A DNA stretch of 21,115 nt, from the sequence record FJ792813.1; one strand, written 5' to 3'. The notes beneath the pieces were generated by a model that saw only the letters and a list, made by a program, of their open reading frames with translations, searched no databases and was not told the DNA's origin. Source of the stretch: Enterococcus phage EFAP-1. Shown in pieces: positions 15,953-21,115 of this stretch; the stretch's first letter is position 1, and each line of letters opens with the position of its first letter. The translations under genes and the position numbers were made by a program.

Positions 15953-17090
15953 TTGCTGACACTCCTTCTTGTCCTTTTACTTGGATGTGCGTATCGCCAT
16001 CTGGTAAATTCTCATAACCTAAATAGTCACGGATTTCATTCACTTGGATAGCACCCAATAGTTCTTTACCTGACTTACCTTCAAATACTCGTTTCCGTCT
16101 ATCTTCATAAGTATCATTCAATAATGTTGTCAAGTCTAACTCTAATGTGTTACCTGTTTTAATTTCAATTTCATCACAGATGGCTCTTTCATACTGGCTA
16201 ATAGTTGATGCAATGTAGATGTCGTTCGCTCCACTATCTGTAGAGTTTACTAACTCCATACCAAAGCGGTTCAATGGAATACCTAATACTTTTGCAATCT
16301 GTTGTGTACTGAACTTGTTACCTTGGATAAGTTTAAGAATATCAGTATTCATTTTGTACTCTTGGAACTCTGTTGATTCATCTAAGACAATAACTCCATT
16401 ACTGTTTGTGCTTCCGCCGTTTGCCTTTTCAAAGTCTTTTCTGATTTTAGCTTTAGTATCGTTATCAACGTAAGCGCCTTTTAGTTTTAAGATACCTCCG
16501 CCGAATACTCCGTTGGCAAAGAACTTACTTAAAATCTTACTACCGTTTGACTGCATAGCTACTTCATCTTTTAATGATAATAAAGGACTTCTTCCAAGGA
16601 AACCATCTACGGTTGTAATTCTAAAGTGTAAAATATCTTCTGGTTTACACTTGTACATGATACTACCATAATCCATTGTTACATCATATGACCACTCACC
16701 AGTCGTTACATTTTGGATTACATTAACTTGTTCAGGTCTTACAAATTCTAAACTCTCAATACCACCCATTCTATCTCTATGAATCAATGCGTATGAGTTA
16801 CCGCTTAGAATCAAGTTTGCTACTGTTGCATACATGAACATGTAATGACTTTGTTTGTCGTTTGGTCGTTTGTTAATCATCTTCAAGAACTCTTCATCAA
16901 CTGGAATATCTTTGACTGGTCTAAAGCTTGACTGTCCTAAGTCACCACTAATAATGTTGATACCTGTGAAAATGTCTGAATTGCGTAATGCTTTTTCACC
17001 TGTGATTTCTGTTGAATAAATGTCACTGCTTTCGATAAAGTCAATGAAGTTCTGCTTTGTTGTACTTCTAGGTGCTACAAAAACTCCCAT
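15939..17090 (-). CDS. portal protein (HK97 family)
   Basis: 383 aa. Size, position after TerL and composition are consistent with Phage_portal family proteins. Confidence 0.85.
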   Translation of the reverse strand: MGVFVAPRSTTKQNFIDFIESSDIYSTEITGEKALRNSDIFTGINIISGDLGQSSFRPVKDIPVDEEFLKMINKRPNDKQSHYMFMYATVANLILSGNSYALIHRDRMGGIESLEFVRPEQVNVIQNVTTGEWSYDVTMDYGSIMYKCKPEDILHFRITTVDGFLGRSPLLSLKDEVAMQSNGSKILSKFFANGVFGGGILKLKGAYVDNDTKAKIRKDFEKANGGSTNSNGVIVLDESTEFQEYKMNTDILKLIQGNKFSTQQIAKVLGIPLNRFGMELVNSTDSGANDIYIASTISQYERAICDEIEIKTGNTLELDLTTLLNDTYEDRRKRVFEGKSGKELLGAIQVNEIRDYLGYENLPDGDTHIQVKGQEGVSASEES

Positions 17091-17094
17091 TTAA

Positions 17095-17259
17095 TTACTC
17101 ACCTTCTCCCAATTCTTTGTATAAGATTACTGATGGAATTAATAATGCTACTGCTAAGGCTACTAAACCAGCTACTAAACCAGTGAAAAACATTGATGTG
17201 ACTAGTGATAGCATACCTAAAACGTAGAAAATTACTACTAACCATACCGCATTTTGCAT
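17095..17259 (-). CDS. small hydrophobic membrane protein (2 TM) between terL and portal
   Basis: ATG 17257-17259 with RBS AGGAGGGG. MQNAVWLVVIFYVLGMLSLVTSMFFTGLVAGLVALAVALLIPSVIL... Preceded by TGTGGTAAAAT. Confidence 0.4.
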   Translation of the reverse strand: MQNAVWLVVIFYVLGMLSLVTSMFFTGLVAGLVALAVALLIPSVILYKELGEGE

Positions 17260-17304
17260 ATTTACCCCTCCTATATACCTCATTTTACCACAAAACAATA
17301 GAAA

Positions 17305-17328
17305 AAAGAGTGCTAGTTAAAGCACTCT
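17305..17328 (-). terminator. hairpin plus T-run immediately after the terL stop
   Basis: Minus strand TAA AGAGTGCT ttaact AGCACTCT TTTTTCTATTGTTTTG. Confidence 0.5.
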
Positions 17329-19053
17329 TTATACACCAAATCCAAATTTTCCTTCTTCAATCAGTTCTTTAAAGCTAATATACTCATAATCAAAGTACAT
17401 TGCTTCACTCATTGCATTAATTAAGGCATCTATAGGGTCAATTTTGTTACGATTCATAGCCTTTTCAATAGCTATATTGTCCGCAAACTCACGCATAATA
17501 GCATTATATACCGCTCTAGTTAGTAGTGGGTTATCTGTTTGAATCACTTCACCCTTGATAATTGCATCACGTAAGTACTTTGTAGGTGCATTTAAATACT
17601 GGATGCGCTGTGGTACTTCAATTAGTTTGTCTGGAAAGTCCTTGCTTAAGTTGATTACAGATGGCGTTGCTTGGTGTCCGTCATAGTAAATACCTTGTAG
17701 GTCTAAGTCATACTCTGTTATGAACTCTCTTATCCATTCGCACATATCTTCATGGTCTATCAAACCATCTGGTCGCTGACTGATGTTTACTAGTCCTAAG
17801 TTCTCATACTGTCTATACGGTATCTTATCTTTTATCTGTTTAGCTTCAATACCACCCACAGAAGCTATAAAAGCGTGACTGTCAAGAAGTAGCTTGCGTT
17901 CCTCTGCAATAGGTATCACCCAGCTAACTGCCGTCATATCGCCTGTACGTGCCAAATCAAGACCTATATAAACTGGTCTACCTTTTATATCATATGGTTT
18001 TGTTTGCTTAACAGCTTCCCAAGATTCTTTATCAATGAAACTGTCTTGTGATGATTGTACCCAGAAGTTCATCTCTTTAGTTAGCCAACCACTCATGTCA
18101 CCCTTAGCCTTATACTCTGCTAATGAGTTAACCTTATGTTCGTACATTGTTTCATGTAACTGTGCATTCTCAAATAATGGGTTGCTCTTAATCCAGTTAG
18201 CTTCATCATCTACTTCACTTAGGCTATCCATTTCCCAACACAAGGCAAGGTATGCATCAGCTTCCACTTCCTCATTAAGTAGCTTAGTTATAAATGGGTA
18301 TTCTATGCTGTGCATTGGTCCATTCAAGTTTTTGGTTGTTGTACTAATAATCAAAATTAAACCTTGTAATTGTTGTGACTGTGAACTTTCTAATACCTCA
18401 ATCATGGCTGTGCTTTTAGCTTCTCCATACTCATCAAGTACACCACATAGCACGTCTAGTCCGTCTAAGCTATCTACATCACTTGATAGTGGCTTAACCG
18501 TTGATTCATCTTCTAAGTGTTCAATGTCTTTCTTATTAACTTTGGTTACTTTCCTTGTTCCATCACTTACTGCACGCAATGCCTTTAGCTGTGATTTTAA
18601 CATGTTGAATACAATACCAGCTTGGTCTTTAGTGTTAGCCGCCGCTACAATCTGTCTTGAAGCGTTTGGATACTGACCTAATAAGAACTCATATAATGAG
18701 ATACCAGCAACCAGAATTGACTTACCGTTTTTACGTGCTAGGCTGATATATACTTTTCTGAATCTACGCATCTTGTTTTTCTTTTTGCGCCAACCATATA
18801 TCATAGCAATAATAAACTTCTGGAACTTAGCTAGTTTATTTGTCTTACGTGTCTTTGGGTCTGGTAGCATTTCAATAAATGCAACTGGTTCTAGTGCTTC
18901 TTTAGGGTCATAGTAGTATGGATAATCTGGGTCTAGTGACCGCTCTAAGTCCTTCTCATGACGTCTAATGGCTTGTTTAATCTTATTACCTATTGGTATT
19001 TGATTATACCTTACGTAATTGATGTAATCAGCTACAAAATCTATATTATTCAT
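17329..19053 (-). CDS. terL: terminase large subunit
   Basis: 574 aa. Walker A-like LARKNGKS. Terminase_1-type ATPase/nuclease architecture. RBS AAGGAGG 7 nt before the ATG. TGCTATAAT lies just upstream. Confidence 0.9.
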   Translation of the reverse strand: MNNIDFVADYINYVRYNQIPIGNKIKQAIRRHEKDLERSLDPDYPYYYDPKEALEPVAFIEMLPDPKTRKTNKLAKFQKFIIAMIYGWRKKKNKMRRFRKVYISLARKNGKSILVAGISLYEFLLGQYPNASRQIVAAANTKDQAGIVFNMLKSQLKALRAVSDGTRKVTKVNKKDIEHLEDESTVKPLSSDVDSLDGLDVLCGVLDEYGEAKSTAMIEVLESSQSQQLQGLILIISTTTKNLNGPMHSIEYPFITKLLNEEVEADAYLALCWEMDSLSEVDDEANWIKSNPLFENAQLHETMYEHKVNSLAEYKAKGDMSGWLTKEMNFWVQSSQDSFIDKESWEAVKQTKPYDIKGRPVYIGLDLARTGDMTAVSWVIPIAEERKLLLDSHAFIASVGGIEAKQIKDKIPYRQYENLGLVNISQRPDGLIDHEDMCEWIREFITEYDLDLQGIYYDGHQATPSVINLSKDFPDKLIEVPQRIQYLNAPTKYLRDAIIKGEVIQTDNPLLTRAVYNAIMREFADNIAIEKAMNRNKIDPIDALINAMSEAMYFDYEYISFKELIEEGKFGFGV

Positions 19054-19424
19054 ATGTATACCTCCTTGTTTCTATTATAGCACAAATAAAAAGACTTAGG
19101 TCATGAGTTTATCCAAAGGGGATAACAAACTTACCTAAGTCAATTGGTCGCACAGCAACCGTTATTAAATGATTAAGTGTTGTTATGTGGTTGGCGGACC
19201 GTCCACATACGGACTGCCTCACAACACTTAATAGAGTTTTGCTCACTTGGTTAAGGAGGTAAGAGCGTTTCCTTGTAAATAGACCCTCACATCTATTTAC
19301 TAACATGTTACTAACATGTCCGCAACTATTGCCGTAGTTGCTCCTGAATAATACTACCCAATATTATTCTAATCTACAAATCATCTGGAAGGCGTTTTCC
19401 GTAAATACATTATACCACAACTTA
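19054..19424 (-). other. 370-bp structured noncoding spacer between terS and terL
   Basis: No credible ORF. The only ORF (65 aa, 19109-19306) has no RBS and starts inside a repeat. GC-rich relative to the flanks. Tandem TTACTAACATG x2 (19298-19319), palindrome TAACATGTTA, stem-loop GCAACTA-ttgcc-TAGTTGC (19322-19341), inverted repeat AAGTGTTGT/ACAACACTT (19167-19215). Promoter-like TCAACA-N17-TGTGGTATAAT on the minus strand at about 19396-19430. Confidence 0.4.
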
Positions 19425-19898
19425 CTAACTTTGTTGACGTAACTTAATCAACTGTCCTAGTGGGTCATTGCTTTCTTTTGTTTTTTCAGCTGGTGCCACT
19501 ATTTTCAGTCTTGCGTTAATTGTCAAACCAAGGTCAGCAGTTGCGGACTTCAACTCTTTACTATATGAGTTCATGATGTCAACACGTGGATTCTTCTTAC
19601 CATCTGGTGTGATTTCTCCTTCTTCCATCAATCGCTCTGTTGCTTCACTATATAGGTAAGTGTAATTACAGTAACGAACCATTGTTTGTTGGTCCAATTC
19701 TGAAATAGGTAGGTCACCTATAAAGTGTGAGATACGTTCCCATTCAGGAAAAGCACCTTGCAATAATCCTTGTGGATAATAACTAAAGTCTAACTTCTCA
19801 TAGTTGTAAAGTGCTTCTTCCTCTTTCTTACGTTCCTCTTGTTGCTCTGTTGTGAGGTTGCCAACTTGGGCATTAATTAATTTTCTTGGTCTACCCAT
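19425..19898 (-). CDS. terS: terminase small subunit (P27 family)
   Basis: 157 aa. MGRPRKLI... plus the overall P27-family pattern. RBS AAGGAGGTG. Immediately upstream of terL, in a region that also carries an HNH gene. Confidence 0.8.
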   Translation of the reverse strand: MGRPRKLINAQVGNLTTEQQEERKKEEEALYNYEKLDFSYYPQGLLQGAFPEWERISHFIGDLPISELDQQTMVRYCNYTYLYSEATERLMEEGEITPDGKKNPRVDIMNSYSKELKSATADLGLTINARLKIVAPAEKTKESNDPLGQLIKLRQQS

Positions 19899-19912
19899 TA
19901 TGTTTCACCTCC

Positions 19913-20065
19913 TTATACTACTTCAATAATTTCATAATGGCGATTGCGTCCACCAAGCTTAGTGCGTACGTCTTTAAAGTAGCCTGATTTTTTATTATAA
20001 AATTTGTCTGCTTCTGTTTGCGACTTAAACGCTCGTGTTTGTTGCGTGTGCAAATCTTTTACCAT
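19913..20065 (-). CDS. small basic protein (50 aa) immediately upstream of terS
   Basis: MVKDLHTQQTRAFKSQTEADKFYNKKSGYFKDVRTKLGGRNRHYEIIEVV. Not in the ORF track. No RBS within 15 nt of the ATG, but an in-frame ATT triplet run sits 8 nt after AGGGAGG (20084-20100). Stop is 10 nt before the terS RBS. Confidence 0.35.
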   Translation of the reverse strand: MVKDLHTQQTRAFKSQTEADKFYNKKSGYFKDVRTKLGGRNRHYEIIEVV

Positions 20066-20163
20066 AATAGGTTTTGGTGCTGGAATAATAATTACCTCCC
20101 TTACTATAATTTAAATTTAAGAAAAAACTCCCTAACAAAATTATAGCACAAAACGTGTTGTTT

Positions 20164-20291
20164 GAGAAACCAGTTTTGATGCGTGTTATCAGGGAAGTAT
20201 TTCGTAATAGTGAATATGTGTAACATTCTGTGTAACGCTTGATACAATTGAAAAGAAACCAGTTTTGAATCGTGTTTTTCAAGGGAAAAAG
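20164..20291. repeat. two imperfect direct repeats GAAACCAGTTTTGA(t/a)(g/t)CGTGTT.T(.)CA(A)GGGAA, about 89 bp apart
   Basis: Copies at 20164-20197 and 20253-20291. Confidence 0.6.
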
Positions 20292-20386
20292 CATGTTTTC
20301 AACTTTCGTTTTTAGAAATTCGTGTGAAAAGAAGTCATCACCGATTAGCTTGACCAAAAAATCGAGGGGGGGTCTAAAAAATTTAG

Positions 20387-20426
20387 GTACTCCCTCCCGT
20401 TTTATTTTGGTACTCCCTCCCGTTTT
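20387..20426. repeat. tandem direct repeat ggtactccctcccgtttt x2 (22-bp period)
   Basis: Exact 18-mer at 20387-20404 and 20409-20426. Confidence 0.7.
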
Positions 20427-20457
20427 TAAAATCTGACACCCCTCTAACTACCTGCAA

Positions 20458-20829
20458 TTACCCCTTGCGGTGGCGGAAGCTGGCAGAATGTTCTTCTTTA
20501 TTGTGACACTCTTGACATATACTTTCTAGGTTATCTATATCCAACCTATGTTCCCAACCCATTGTGGTCCGTACCTCTTGCCTATGATGCACTATGGTTG
20601 CTATGCTTGCATTACATACTTCACACATTGGATTCATTGATAGCTTTCTTGCTCTCACGTTTCGCCACTGTGTTGATGCATAGAAGTCCGCATACTTCTT
20701 GTTGTCTGGTGAATGTCTTACTTGCTTGTTGTATGTTCGTTGTGTATTACCTTTGTGTTCTTCACAGTATACTTCTGGTATGTCTACATACTCCCTGCAG
20801 TGTGCAACCTTACACCGTCGCTTAGGCAT
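20458..20829 (-). CDS. HNH endonuclease (terminase-associated)
   Basis: 123 aa from ATG 20827-20829. CxxC...HH...CxxC with CQECHNKEEH is an HNH zinc-finger motif. Start overlaps the stop of the upstream ORF (TAATG). Confidence 0.8.
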   Translation of the reverse strand: MPKRRCKVAHCREYVDIPEVYCEEHKGNTQRTYNKQVRHSPDNKKYADFYASTQWRNVRARKLSMNPMCEVCNASIATIVHHRQEVRTTMGWEHRLDIDNLESICQECHNKEEHSASFRHRKG

Positions 20830-21035
20830 TAGAAGCCCCACATATCTTTGTTGTTATTGGTGGTGCTTAAGATGTCATAAGATACTTTAGGTTTGCTTGT
20901 TGGTTCTGTTGTTGGTTGTTCTGTTGTGTCTGATGTGTTGGTAACCATTGCTTGCTCTAACTGTCTGATGTATGATACTAACTCTAACTTAGTATGAGAT
21001 AGTAGTTGCTTGTCTGTCATACCCTCCATGGTCAT
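20829..21035 (-). CDS. hypothetical 68-aa protein
   Basis: ATG 21033-21035 with RBS GAGGAGGG 8 nt upstream. Translationally coupled to the HNH gene. T/S/P-rich middle. No recognisable motif. Confidence 0.4.
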   Translation of the reverse strand: MTMEGMTDKQLLSHTKLELVSYIRQLEQAMVTNTSDTTEQPTTEPTSKPKVSYDILSTTNNNKDMWGF

Positions 21036-21045
21036 ATAGTATACC

Positions 21046-21107
21046 CTCCTCTATGTTGTATTCTCAAGGGTACAGTATTAAACTATACCCTCCACTCTCT
21101 GTTGTAT
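21046..21107. repeat. two direct repeats TATACCCTCC(t/a)CT(a/c)T(-/c)TGTTGTAT
   Basis: Copies at 21046-21068 and 21083-21107. The proximal copy contains the RBS of the 68-aa ORF. A hairpin GGGTATAGT-ttaat-ACTGTACCC lies between them on the minus strand. Confidence 0.5.
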
Positions 21108-21115
21108 ATGGTGGT

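Larger units (their letters stand above)
20066..20457 (-). promoter_or_regulatory. putative cos / packaging-initiation region
   Basis: About 390 bp noncoding between the HNH gene and terS. Two 35-bp imperfect direct repeats, a G7 run (20366-20372) and a tandem 18-bp repeat. HNH-next-to-terminase architecture is characteristic of cos-packaging HK97-like phages. Confidence 0.45.

Noticed and set aside
19109-19306. 65-aa ORF in the terS-terL gap
   Set aside because: Its ATG lies inside the TTACTAACATG tandem repeat with no RBS. The region looks structured and noncoding.
19054-19424. tRNA or group I intron in the terS-terL spacer
   Set aside because: No T-loop (GTTCNANNC) or D-loop signatures, no cloverleaf of the right size and no intron core motifs were recognised by eye. 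The region is kept as an unexplained structured region instead.
20025-20357. 110-aa minus-strand ORF
   Set aside because: It runs through the repeat-rich putative cos region in a different frame from the convincing 50-aa ORF, and has low-complexity composition and no RBS.
1-21115. CRISPR array, integrase or transposase
   Set aside because: No regularly spaced repeat-spacer array and no recombinase-like ORF were found. All sizeable ORFs are accounted for by phage morphogenesis and lysis functions.

Overview
This window is almost entirely the late arm (packaging, head, tail, lysis) of an HK97-like, probably cos-type siphovirus prophage in a low-GC Gram-positive (Lactobacillales-like) genome. 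All phage genes are on the minus strand, so the operon reads from base 21115 down to 297. The order is: 68-aa ORF, HNH endonuclease, about 390 bp of repeat-rich noncoding DNA (putative cos region), 50-aa basic ORF, TerS (P27 family), a 370-bp structured noncoding gap, TerL, small membrane protein, portal, HK97-type prohead protease, major capsid protein with an N-terminal E/K-rich delta domain, small FN3/Ig-like protein, four head-tail joining and tail completion genes, major tail protein, tail chaperone with a -1 slippery site, tape measure protein (1456 aa, C-terminal SLT domain), a long 'evolved' Dit, Tal/fibre, 95-aa ORF, XhlA-like protein, holin, and a Sec-signal amidase endolysin. A bidirectional terminator and a 5'-truncated nrdH-like glutaredoxin gene on the plus strand close the window at its left end. 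No tRNA, CRISPR array or integrase is visible. The most interesting signals are: (1) a 75-nt cassette duplicated at the 3' ends of the major capsid and major tail genes that encodes, in the +1 frame, a nearly identical 22-aa peptide with mostly synonymous differences, implying programmed +1 recoding of both major structural proteins; (2) a 55-bp promoter-like element (ACACCCACAA-N13-TGnTATAaT-ATCTTTAGTAAGAAAAATAAA) present three times, upstream of MCP, MTP and the chaperone/TMP block; (3) a repeat-rich putative cos region next to the HNH gene; (4) an unexplained, promoter-preceded, highly structured 370-bp spacer between terS and terL; (5) an approximately 74% identical 46-bp direct repeat bracketing the lysis cassette.
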